This document shows, one piece after another, positions 50,960-62,206 of a DNA stretch of 64,000 nucleotides. This DNA is from Mobula hypostoma (Eukaryota). Position 1 is the first letter of the stretch. Each line of letters begins with the position of its first letter. A model generated the notes under the pieces. The model ran no database searches. It was not told where the DNA came from and worked only from the letters and a program-made list of their open reading frames with translations. Made by a program: the position numbers and the translations under genes. The stretch lies in assembly GCF_963921235.1 (NCBI RefSeq), contig NC_086097.1:72604001-72668000 (forward strand), read 5' to 3'.

Positions 50960-51780
50960 AGCTTAGTGACCTGGTGATATAACAACAATCTTTCCCTCAA
51001 TATTAACAAAAGAGTTGGTCATTGAATTCATAAAGGGAGGTGGTGCACATACCTCCTGCAAACATCAACAGTGGTGAAGTTGAGAGGGTTGAAAGCTTCA
51101 AGCTCCTAGGTGTGAACATTACGAATAGCATGTCCTGGTCGAACCATTTTGATGTCATGGCCAAAAAAAAAAGCTCACCAGCGTCTCTACTTCCTTAGGA
51201 CATGAAAGAAATTTGGAATGACTCCATCAATCTTTACCAATTTTTATTGATGTGCCATAGAAAGCATTCTGATAGCATGCATAACAGGTTTGTATAGCAT
51301 CTGCTCTGCATGTGACCTAAAGAAACTACAGAGAACTGTGGACACAGCTCAGCTCGTCTCGGGAACTAACATCCCCTCTATGGACTCTGTCTATATTTCT
51401 CTCTGCCTCAGTAATGCAGCCAGCCTAATCAAAGATGCTACCCACCCGAGACATCCTCTCTTCTCCCTTCTCCCATCAGGCACAAAAACTTGAAAGCACA
51501 TTCCACCAGGATAAAGGAGAGCCTCTATCCTACTGTTGTCAGATTCTTGAACAGACCCCTTATATAATAAAAAGGACTCTTGGCCTCACAATCTACCTTG
51601 TTATGATCTTGCACTTTATCACTTACCTGTACTGCACTTTTTTGTAGCTTTTACACTTTATTTTACATTTTTATTCTTTTACCTTCTAGCTCAGAGCAGT
51701 GTAATGATTTGATCTGTTTGAACAGCTTTTCACTACATGTGACAATAATAAACCAATATCAATAGCAATACCAATACTAT
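50960..51780 (+). mobile_element. Rex1/Babar-type LINE 3' fragment
   Basis: Translates in pieces as NNLSLNINK..ELVIEF, VERVESFKLLGVNIT..MSWSNH, KAHQRLYFL and KKLQRTV. aataaa is followed by a (caatac)-like tail. Confidence 0.85.
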
Positions 51781-51843
51781 CATAAGGAGACAGCAATGTG
51801 AGTACAGAAGGCAAAATACGAATTTTGAAGAAATGCAAGAACA

Positions 51844-52530
51844 TTAGATTAGATTAGATTATGAGGACACACAGTCCTCTTTTATTATCATTTAGTAATG
51901 CATGCATTAAAAAATGATACAATGTTCCTCCAGTATGATATCACAGAAACACAAGACAGACCAAGGCTGAAAAACTGACAAAAACCACACAGTTCTAACA
52001 TATAGTTACAACAGTGCAAGCAATACCGTAATTTGATAGAAGAAGACTATGGGCATGGTAAAAAAAAGTCTCTCTTGAAAGTCCCAACATCTCACACAGA
52101 CTGTAGAAGGAAGAAAACTCTCCATGCCATGAGCTTCCAGCGCTGCAAACTTGCCGATGCAGCATCCTGGAAGCACCCGACCACAGTCTGACTCTCAGTC
52201 CGTCCGAAAACTTCGAGCCTCCGACCAACCCTCTGACACCGAGCACCGAGCACCATCTCTGCTAAGCGCTTTGACCCCAGCCCCGGCCGCCAGCAACGGG
52301 CAAAGCCGAGGATTTGGGGCCTTCCCTCTGGAGATTCTCGATCACACAGTAGCAGTGGCAGCGAACCGGGCATTTCAGAAGTTTCTCCAGATGTTCCTCC
52401 GTGCTTCTCACATCCATCTCCATCAAATCAGGATTGTGCACTGCTCCTATTTAACAAATACGATATCATTTCACCGGAGAGGCCGCGCGCGCTGCGTCGC
52501 GTCGCCATCTTCTCCTCCCTCCTTTTTCTC
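51844..52530 (-). mobile_element. Non-autonomous retroelement of about 690 bp with a YY1-motif head and (taatc)n tail
   Basis: The minus strand starts gaggagaagatggcgacgcg and ends aataaaagaggactgtgtgtcctcataatctaatctaatctaa. A related copy is at 58445-59018. Confidence 0.8.
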
Positions 52531-52909
52531 ATAGCTACCTCACTGGGATGAGCTGTTAGATTGTGGAATGGTAGGAAATGAAAAGGTAAACGGGTGCTTA
52601 TTACACATTTTCTAGCTGCATTGAGAAGTGTCACAGGAAAGGGAGTGGTCAGTGGAGATGGCAAAGAGTTAAAGAGGAAATGATACCTTCAGAGCTTTGA
52701 AAGGAGAAGGGAATACAGTATACGTCTGCTGATAGAATCCCTTCGGAGCTGGTGGAAAGTATCGACTGTGGAGGATGAGGCAAGGAAATGTCATCCTTGT
52801 TCTGGCTGGGAGGAAAGGTCTGAGATCTAAAGTGGTGGAAGTTGAGCAGGTGTAATTAAAACTCGTAGGTGGAAATCTGCAGTCAGAGAGAAAGATGACA
52901 CATCTTAAA

Positions 52910-53268
52910 GACATGAGAAAATCTGCAAGTGGTGGAAATCCAAAACAACACACACACAAAATGCTGACTCAGTAAACCAGGCAGCATCTGTGGAAAAGAG
53001 AAAACAGTCGACATTTTGGTCTCAGACCCTTCATTAGGACTAGAAAAGAAGGGGAAAGGAGTCAGACGAAGGAGGTGGTGGAAGGGGAGGAGGACATGCA
53101 AGGTGTTAGGTGATAGCTGAAACCAGGGGAGGGGGAGACAGTGAAATAGGAAGTTGATTGGTAAGAGAGATAAAGGGCTGGAGAAGAGCGATTCTGATAG
53201 GAGAGGACAGAAGACCATTGAAGATAGGGAAGGGAGAGGAGCACGGAGGGAAGTGATGGGCAGGTAAG
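52910..53268 (-). mobile_element. Younger Penelope-like 3' end inserted in the old Penelope-like element
   Basis: Terminus plus purine-rich tract similar to 61778-62200. The hammerhead core is mutated (CTAATGA...AAAAT). Confidence 0.82.
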
Positions 53269-53984
53269 GACTGTGACGTGGAATGTCTCTCCAACAGAGC
53301 AGATACAAAGAAGACTGAGGAATTGGGAATGGAATAATCTTTACTGAAGCAGAGAAGTCATTGCGGTAGATATGGGAGTCAGCGAATGTTTAATGGATAT
53401 TGGTAACTAGTTGATGCTCAGAGATGAACACAGAGATATCAAAGAAGAAAAGGGAAGTATCATATATGGACCATGTAAAAGTGAAAGCAGGGTAGAAGTT
53501 GTCAGCAAAGGTAATGAACTTTCTGAGTTCTATATGATAGCTGTAGTTAATGCAATATCAATTCCCAGCGGTTGCAATGTACCTGGACAGAGTCTGCATT
53601 CCACTACAGACAATCCCTGTTCTCTCCAACCTTCCTCCTGTGCAAATTATAACTCAATTTCGCCTTCTCATTTTCCTAATTCTGACAAAACCCCCTTAAC
53701 CTGCAATGTGAACTGTTTCCTGCTCCCACAGGTATTGCTTGGTACTGATGTGTGGTCCCAGTACTCTGCTATGGTATTAAATTTCCAGCACGTAAAGTTA
53801 TTAACTCAAATAGATCAGTGCATTGGTGAAAAGGTGAGAGGGCAGTGGAAAGAAGAAAAATTCACCCAAGGTGCCTGGATGGCATTTATATTTAGAAAGC
53901 ATTTGGATATATGGCTGAAGCACAATGACTTACAGGGGTAGGGACAGAAAGCTGGAAAAAGGATTTGGAAAGCTGACAGGTTAC

Positions 53985-54800
53985 ATCCTAGCCTGGTATG
54001 AAGACACCAATCCCCAAGAATGGAAAAGTCTACAAAAAGTGGTGGACACAACCCAGTCCATCTCAGGAAAAGTCCTGCCCATCACTGAGCTCTTTTAAAC
54101 GGAGGGCTGCCTCAAGGAAGCAGCCTTCATCATCAATGGCCCTTTCCATTCAGGCCATGACCCCCACTTGCTGCTACCATCAGGAAGCATATACAGGAGT
54201 TTTAGGTCCCACACCACCATGTTTAGGAATAGTTAATACTCTTGAACCATCAGGCTCCTGAACCAGCATGGGTAATTTTCTTTCTTTCTTTATTTATTGA
54301 GATACAGTGCGGAATAGACACTTCGAGCCGCACCACGCGGCACTCCTTGATTTTAAGCCTAGCCTAATCCCGGGATAATTTACAATGCCTAATTAACCTA
54401 CCAACCGGTACACCCTTGGACTGTGGCAAGAAATGCACATGGTCATGGGAAGAACATACAAACTCCTTAACAGCAGTGGTGTGAATTGAACCTGGGTCAC
54501 TGGTATAGTAAGCACTACACTGCAGTGCCACCCGTTCACTCACCTCAACACTGAACGGATTCCACAATCTATGGATTCACATTCATGGACTATATAATTC
54601 GTGTGCTCAGTATTTATTTATTTATTTATTTGTCTTCTTTTGCACATATTTTCATGTCAGTTTTTGTGTGTAGCTTTTCTTTGATTTTATATACATTTCT
54701 TTGTTCTACTGTAAACGCCTTCAAAGAAATAAATCTCAGGGCTGTATCTGGTGGCATATACAGTATGTACTTAGATAATAAATTTAACTTTGAACTTTGA
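53985..54800 (+). mobile_element. Rex1/Babar-like 3' end containing a SINE
   Basis: ctacaaaaagtggtggacacaacccagtccatc...gctgcctcaaggaagcagcc, and tail aataaatttaactttgaactttga. Confidence 0.72.
54278..54533 (-). mobile_element. tRNA-derived SINE (HE1/V-SINE-like)
   Basis: B-box-like caggttcaattcac and core ggagtttgtatgttcttccc shared with 26705-26938. Confidence 0.8.
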
Positions 54801-54829
54801 AATTTATTTTCAGCTGGAATAGATTTGAC

Positions 54830-56100
54830 TGGCAGAACAGCCTCCTTGTAACAACCATGAATATGTTCAACTTTACTGATTCTACCAATGAATGAATGAA
54901 TAGCTGTGAGGCCAGCGAATGTCCGTGGGGTCTGTGCTTTTTGCCCGAGGAGACGTGAACAGCTTTTGCAGAGGCAGCAAACAATCAGGAAAGCAAGCAG
55001 TATGTTGGAAGACAAAGAAGAGCAGATGCTGCAAGTCTGAAATAAAAGAGGGAAAACAACATCTGTGGAAAGAGAAACCATGAATACTACAGACCATCAA
55101 GTTTCTGATAATAGGTTATTAGACAGAAACTTTGACTCTGTTTCTTGCTGCACAGATTCCGCTTGATCTGATGAGTATTTCTAGTATTTTCAGTCTTCAT
55201 CCTTGCAGTTATGTTGGCTTTTTTTGCAAGGCAGCTGCAGAATGTAAATAAGGAATCTTGCTGATATGTAAAAGGCTTAGGGTGAGATCACATGTAGATC
55301 AGCTTAGCTTCAGTACCAGATGAAGGATTTATTGGCCTTGGAGTTAGAACAGTATAGATTTAAAATGACTTTTGGGATTCAGCAATTGTCTTGATAAGAG
55401 TGATTAGGGGATATTTTGCCTATAGTCACCAGAGTTTTGATTCACCTGAGTTGATTGCATTGAGAATTGCAGCTTCTGAGAGTGAATGATGGGACAGCTA
55501 CTGAGAAGCTGTTTCTTACTGATGAGTCTTGAACTGGGGGTACTGTCTAAGAGTAAGAAGTAAGGGGTCAGCCAATTATGTCTAAGATGAGCAAAAATGT
55601 ATTTACACCTGAGGCATAAGTTATAAACCTTTGGAATTCTCTAGCTCAGAGGACTGTGGCTGGTCAGTTTCTCAGTATGATTTAGGCTGAGAGTGATAGA
55701 TTTTTGGCCGCGAGAGAACCAGGGAACATAGAAAGCAGACAAGAAGACAAATGAAGAACAGACTAGTTATGATCTTAAATTGGAAAGTGCTGGTAATACT
55801 CAATAATCAAGCAGCATCGATGGAAAGGTAGAATTAACGTTCAGGTTGACATCCTTCTATCAGAAGTGGAAAAATGAGGTGTCAAGTTGCAGAAAAATGA
55901 AGAAGGAAAAAGAGGGAAGAGCTATGATAGGCTAGAAACCAGGAGAGCTTGAATGAGACACGTGGTGGTCGTGCTGGTAGTAGGAAAAGTGCAGAAGGAA
56001 GTGTAAAATGGAGAAAGGTGAATAAAATCTGAAATGCCAGAGGAGTACAGAGAACTAAAATAAGTCATGATCTTATTGGATGGTGGAACAGTTCAAACTG
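54830..56100 (+). mobile_element. Old CR1 3' region with a Penelope hairpin (55020-55200) and a Penelope 3' end (55778-56066) inserted
   Basis: CR1 motifs aacctttggaattctctagctcagaggactgtgg and catgatcttattg. The second insert is flanked by atgatctta at 55769-55777 and 56067-56075. Confidence 0.65.
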
Positions 56101-57234
56101 TCACATGATGTGTCCTTACATGCATACTCCTTAGTAAAATGAAATATCCTCAGCATATTTCCTCCTTCTGCATCCAACCAATTGGGCAAATGTTTTTGAA
56201 ACTAAGTGTCCTAATGACTTATACTGGGCAGAAAAGTAGAAGTGAAAAGATGCCCAAAGGATTGTGAATAGCTACAAATTGCTAGACTATTTTGCTGTTC
56301 CACTGTTAGTTGTCAAAAATAACATAATGGATTCAATCTTAATATTTGAGAAGTTGCTTCATTTGCACATTACTTAACTATTAAATTTGCCATAGAAAGT
56401 TATGTCTAGTACTTAATTGTATAATTACCCTTCAAACAATGCAAAAATTGTTATTGACAGATGATCAACCTCTCTTGCCTGAAGGTAAAAGAAGTACAAA
56501 TGTCTTAGTTTTGCATATTGTTTTTTTAAATTTAAAAATATATTTTGTCTTTCTTTTTATTTTGGCCCTCTCTCTTTTCATTTTTTTCCTGTACCTGGCT
56601 TGACATTGAGTTCAGCTACTCTAAATCAACCTCTTTCTCCGTCCTTTTGTTCATTTTTCCAACAACCAATGTGGGGGCTAAGGTGATATACCGTTGTGTT
56701 CGTCAAATCCTTTTGCCCTCAGTATCCTGTTATCAGCACACCTTTCCAGCAATTTTGTCAGCAAAATTTCTCAAAACCTAAACAAGGTTAACTCATGATG
56801 TCCCAAGGCAGCTGAAGCTGACCTTCCATCTTCAGGTGTTTATTTGGTAGCACACAAAATAAGTTACAATAATGTAAACCATATTTAATTGGTTATGTTT
56901 TAAAGGTCACATCATTTATAGTGTAAAACAATAAAGATCTTCCTTCCCATTAGCATTCCCTGTCTCATGATATTTGGTATGTGCCATCATCATAAACGGG
57001 GTATAAATTCACACTGTTATTTGCCACAATTAACTAAAGGAGAAAACAGTCAGGACACGGTGGTGGATTGCGGACTGCTGCTGTACTGTGCAATATTTTA
57101 CTTTATTAAAATTATGAAAGTAACTAGGAATAAATAATATAGAATATGTGTGTTAGTGAAAAAATAACCTAGAATTCAATTTTTCCATTCTTGTCACAAC
57201 ACTGCAAAACCCAATGGTTCCAATATCTTTTCAG

Positions 57235-57365
57235 TGCTGAAGATAGGTTTCATCCCAATACACACCCATCTATTACCCTTCACTAACGCAGCTTAACCCA
57301 CCGGTTTCCTCCACCACCTTGTTGTTGGTCCAGATTCCCACATCTGCAGTCTCTTGTGTCTCCAG
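57235..57365 (+). mobile_element. Decayed solo Penelope-like terminus
   Basis: tttcctccaccaccttgttgttggtccagattcccacatctgcagtctcttgtg. Confidence 0.6.
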
Positions 57366-57461
57366 TTCTAGTATTCTGTTATATAATTGCATATAATTTT
57401 TGTTCTGCTTATGCAATGAGTACATTCATTGTATAATTAATATATCAGGTTGGGTGAATTA

Positions 57462-57795
57462 GGCAGCATAGTGTCACAGCTAGTACAGCCACTGCCGTAC
57501 AGTGCCAGAGATTCAATACTGACTTTGAATGCTGTCCATGTGAAGTTTGTATACTCCCTGTGACTGCAAGGGACTCCTCCGGGTGCTCCAGTTTTAGTTG
57601 ACCACTGTAAATTGTATGGATAAGTGTGTCTGGGCTGGGGAAGTGCAGGAGGTGGGGTGGGATGTAGTGGAGAAGAGATGATGAGGGGACGAAGAGAATA
57701 CAAATAGGGATTATGGTGTAAATGTGTTGTTGATGGGGAGCATTGACTCAATGGGCCGAGTGGCCTCTTACAATGTTGTGCCTCTCTATAGTTCT
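57462..57795 (+). mobile_element. tRNA-derived V-SINE-like element
   Basis: ggcagcatagtg head, core gtgaagtttgtatactccctgtgactgc...ctccgggtgctccagttt, and tail atgggccgagtggcct. Confidence 0.78.
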
Positions 57796-58444
57796 AAGAA
57801 AGTATAATAACTTTCATTTTAGGAGCACTCTACAAAGATACAATGATTTTACTTCTAATCCTCTTTGTTGCATGGAAAAACATTGCCAAGTAAATGGTTA
57901 AGTTCTTTACAGGGGCTTCCTGCACCTTCATTGTTTTGTTGCTAAGCCTTTTTTAAATTGGCATTGGCTTAGAATTCATTGCTGCTCTTTCTGTTTTGAC
58001 ATGGTAATTATTTTTCGAGCTGTAGTAAATACATGAAGCACTGATACACTAACATTCAGAATGCTCCAACCTGATTTATCTTTGTTTTCTTTTTTATGTA
58101 TAAGTAAGGTACCAAGTAACAGAAGGATTCTTTGAGATTGATTAGCTGGAGGCCAGAGCAAGGAACACTGCTGGAGAGGCATGTTTGTTTCAGAGTGGAG
58201 AATGACTCATCATTAAATTGTGTGGAAGGGGAATCTATTGTTTGGATCTAATTGAAGTGGTTCATAACTTTAAGACATTTTTAATGGTATTTTTCTTTAG
58301 TGCCATTGAATAGAAAGACAGAGAACTATCCATAATGGATATTTCTCTATCTTTCTATTGAAGTCCTCAGAAGTAATATACTGTGTATCTATTATCATTG
58401 GTCTTACGTTGGCTCTTGAGCACAACAGCTTAGTATTTATTATG

Positions 58445-59018
58445 ATTTTTTTTATGATTATGAAGACACGTAGTCCTCTTTTATTGTCATTTAGTAATGC
58501 ATGCATTAAGAAATGATACATTATTTCCTCCGGTGTGATATCACAAAACACAGGACAAACCAAGACTGAAAAAACTAACAAAACCACATAATTATAACAT
58601 ATAGTTACAAACAGTGTAACAATACCATAACTTGATGAAGAAGTCCGTGAGCACAGTAAAGTTCAAAGTTTCTCAAATGTCCCGCATCTCACGCAGACGG
58701 GAGAAGGAAGAAAAACTCTCCCTGCCATGCCGACCACAATCCGACTCTGAGTCATCCGAAAACTTTGAGCTCTGATCAGCTCTCCGACACCGAGTACTGA
58801 GCGCCATCTCTGTCCGAACGATTCAACCTCCTTCTCGGTCGCCAAACGCAGGCAAGGCCGGGGATTTTGAGGCCTACCCTCCAAAAGATTCACGACCACA
58901 CAGTAACGACAGCAGCGGATGGGCGTTTCAGAAATTTCTCCAGATGTTCCTCTGTGCTTTCACGTCCATTCTCCATCAAATCAGAATTTTCCACGGCCCC
59001 TATTTAACAGATACGACA
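58445..59018 (-). mobile_element. Second, 5'-truncated copy of the family at 51844-52530
   Basis: Shared blocks gtcctcttttatt.tcatttagtaatgcatgcattaa and tttcagaa.tttctccagatgttcctc.gtgctt. Confidence 0.85.
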
Positions 59019-61069
59019 ACATTATCTGGAATATTTTTCCTTGAAAAGAGTTGAAAACAGTTTCGATCATATTTTTTATAAAAGCATTGAGTAAGTTCTT
59101 GATGGGGGAATATTAGCTGGTCTGAGGAGAAGTAGGGATATGACAGTACTCTTTCAAAGATTACATATGGTGTGCAATATGACTCTGGTGGGCTGCATTA
59201 AACCTTAATTCTAATCCGTTTTATTAAGGAAACCCTGTTAATAGTTCAAGATCAATTTTTGAAACCACATGTATGATGAGGAAAAATACTATCTGTATTT
59301 GTGTGATGATTTATGAGTATTTCTAATGCTGGCTAAAATTGGTTTTAAAACTGGTTGGTTTATGTGCCTCTTTTCCTTTTTTAATAGGTATTTCTTTCAG
59401 ACAAGTAATTATTTTCCAAAATAAATTTCCCAAAGCTTTCAGTTTTCTATTAAATAATTTTACTATTTGAATTTAATTTTCTCTGCCTTTCTCTTTTTCA
59501 TTATTTTGTGTCTCTTACATTTTTGTCTGCATTATTAATTTTCTTAAAACTTACTTGCTTTTCATTTGTTTTCACATTTATTTTTCATTCTCTTGAATAT
59601 AGTTTCCTCTTTTAAAATCCCTGAATTGATTCCAGTGCTTACAGTAGACAATTGATTATTTTCTTTTTGATTTATTTGTGCATGCCCCTTCATCCAGCGC
59701 CAGATAATGTGGGAATTACTGCTCAGAGGCTCATTTGTTAATACAAATATTGCCTTCTAGTCAGAATGCTATTGCATAGTTGGCTGAGACATATGAACAA
59801 GAGACTTCGGTTAATGCCTAAGGAGTAGAATGCCATTTAAAAATTAGTTGTAGAAAATGCGATACTAATGATTAGCTGGCCATTTGAGTAGTGACACAGG
59901 GTGGTATCAAAGACAAGCCTAGTCAGATAGATGGCCTCGGATTCTGCATTCCATAGTTCTTTTTCCCTACAGTGTGATAATCAGCAATGTGTTTTCTTCC
60001 CCTTAGCCTTCAATGAGCCTTTGCATACATTTGTATTGACTTCTTCAGTGTTCACAGGGATGATTTTATGCTCGTGATTTAATAGTTTAGTCTCCAGTCC
60101 ATAATTTTTCAGCCTCACAGTGACTGCATTAAACAAAGAGATTGCAACAAAATGAACAATAATTTAGAATTGCCCACAAATCTCATGTGCTCTTTGTGTT
60201 GTTTGAATTGATTCCTTTCAGAACTACCAGTTCACTGACAGTATGTACTCTTCACGATAAATGAAACATTTTAGGAGGTTCTTCAATCACTTTTTAACTT
60301 CATCGTTTAACTGAATAAAACACCATATTTTTAAAGAAGCTAAAGAGCTCTGCAATGTTTAACCTGCAGTAACACACTTGTGAAAACATCATTATTGTGA
60401 TAAAACTGAAAATCAATCATTGGCAGTTGCAAAGATTGTGATATCCCACTGTGGTGTAGGTCAGTACATCAACTACCAGTTTGTGCACCGTGATTTTATT
60501 TATTTTGTCACATCATTCCTACAAAGGCCTAAGAATCCAATTGCACACTGTTCTTTTTGCAGTCATGTGACTAAAACTTCATTGTATCCAGAATCAAATA
60601 TAGCACCCTTCAATCCAGATCAATCATCTCAATCACGGATATTCAACTGGACATTTCCCAGCATGAGGGTGATGTCTTTACCCATGCATTACTGATGAAA
60701 ACCTTGACTCAGTAACAATTTTTTGGTTAAAGAGGGCAATCAGTCTTCACAAATATGGCACTAGACTGGAATTCTGTCAGACAATTCCAGATTGATCTAT
60801 TTTGTTTCTCACTCCCATATGGTGCAAATACCCTTTTTCAACTCACTGATCTCTTCCCTAGCACCACAAGACCCAAATATAGAGCACATGGCCTATCCCT
60901 TCAGCCCACAACCCTGAAGTGATTTCAGGTACTTAATCTATGTTTAAAATAGGGTTCGATCTGAAAGCTCAACCCATGCTGCGAATGTAGTGAAAGGGTT
61001 ATCTTTACAAATGACTGAGTGAGTGCAGAGTGTGGATGAGGGAGGATGAAGGAGTTTTACAATAAATGC

Positions 61070-61322
61070 CATAATACATAGGGGCAGAACTAGGCTATCT
61101 GGCCCATCATGGTTGATTAATTATATCTCTCAACCCCATTCTTTAGCCTTTTCCCCGTAACTTTTGACACCCAGATTAATCAAGAACCTATCAACCTCTG
61201 CTTTAAATATATTCAATGAGTTGGCCTCCACAGCTGTCCATAGCAACGAATTCCATAGATTCGCCACTTTTTGGCTAATATAACTCCTCCACATCTCTGT
61301 TTCAAATGTACATCCCTCTGCT
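61070..61322 (-). mobile_element. CR1 3' end
   Basis: SQKVANLWNSLL..AVEANSLNIFKAEVDRFL on the minus strand, with a CR1-type tail. Confidence 0.88.
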
Positions 61323-61777
61323 TTAAACACGAAAAATCCATCCTACAGATGCTGGAAATCCAGAACAATATATACAAAATGCTGGAGGATCTCAGCAGGT
61401 CAGGCAGCATCCATGGAAGTGAACAGTCAAAGTTTCGAGCTGAAACCCTCCTGAGGAAGGGGGAAGACTCCAGAATAAAAAGGTGAAGGGAAGGGAAGAA
61501 TGATAAGTAGAAGGTGATAGGTGAAGCCAGGTGGGTAGGAAAGGTAAAGGGGTGGAGATGAAGGAATCTGATAGGAGAGGAGAGCGACCATAGGAAAAAG
61601 GGAAGGAGGAGGGATATCAGGGGGAGGTGCTAGGCAGGTGAGAAGAGTTAGGGGCCAGAGTGGGGAATGAAGTAAGAGGGGGCGGGGGAAGAAAGAAAAA
61701 AAAACAAAAACATATCAGAAAGAGAAAGTGATTTTCATGCCATCAGGTTTGGGGGGTTACCCAGACAGAATATAAGG
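61323..61777 (-). mobile_element. Older Penelope-like 3' end, directly abutting the young element
   Basis: Terminus, purine-rich tract and last ORF codons (catcaggtt...acccagacagaatataagg) are homologous to 61778-62273. Confidence 0.85.
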
Positions 61778-61875
61778 TAAACAACAGGAATACTGCAGAT
61801 GCTGGAAATTCAAGCAACACACATCAAAGTTGCTGGTGAACGCAGAAGGCCAAGCAGCATCTGTACGAAGAAGTG

Positions 61876-61913
61876 TAGTCGACGTTTCAGGCCGAGACCC
61901 TTCGTCAGGACTA
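61876..61913 (-). ncRNA. Minimal type I hammerhead ribozyme
   Basis: UAGUC-CUGACGA-AGGgucucggCCU-GAAAC-GUC^GACUA. Helix I has 5 bp, the CUGANGA and GAAA boxes are intact, the triplet is GUC, and helix III is a loopless palindrome (ACGU). Confidence 0.85.
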
Positions 61914-62206
61914 ACTGAAGGAAGAGTGAGTAAGGGATTTGAAAGTTGGAGGGGGAGGGGGGGATCCAAAATGATAGGAGAAGACAGGAGGGGGAGGGAT
62001 AGAGCCAAGAGCTGGACAGGTGATAGGCAAAAGGGGATACGAGAGGATCATGGGACAGGAGGTCCGGGAAGAAAGACGGGGGGGGGGTGACCCAGAGGAT
62101 GGGCAAGAGGTATATTCAGAGGGACAGGGGGAGAAAAAGGAGAGTGAGAGAAAGTATGTGTGCATAAAAATGAGTAACAGATGGGGTACGAGGGGGAGGT
62201 GGGGCC

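Larger units (their letters stand above)
50450..53800 (-). mobile_element. Old Penelope-like element (GIY-YIG and RT remnants) with an inverted terminus at the right end
   Basis: Segments 50780-50930, 51780-51840, 52532-52908 and 53268-53560 align by eye, in order, to the young element at 62280-63240. Confidence 0.7.
49170..53970 (+). mobile_element. Old CR1 (49170-50448 and 53818-53970) hosting a nest of later insertions
   Basis: ...accaggggacatagatttaagg (50448) resumes as gtgcattggtgaaaaggtgagagggc...ttcacccaagg (53818). Confidence 0.65.

Noticed and set aside
51995..53941. Cluster of 80-176 aa ORFs
   Set aside because: All lie within TE fragments or their antisense strands and show no host-protein motifs.
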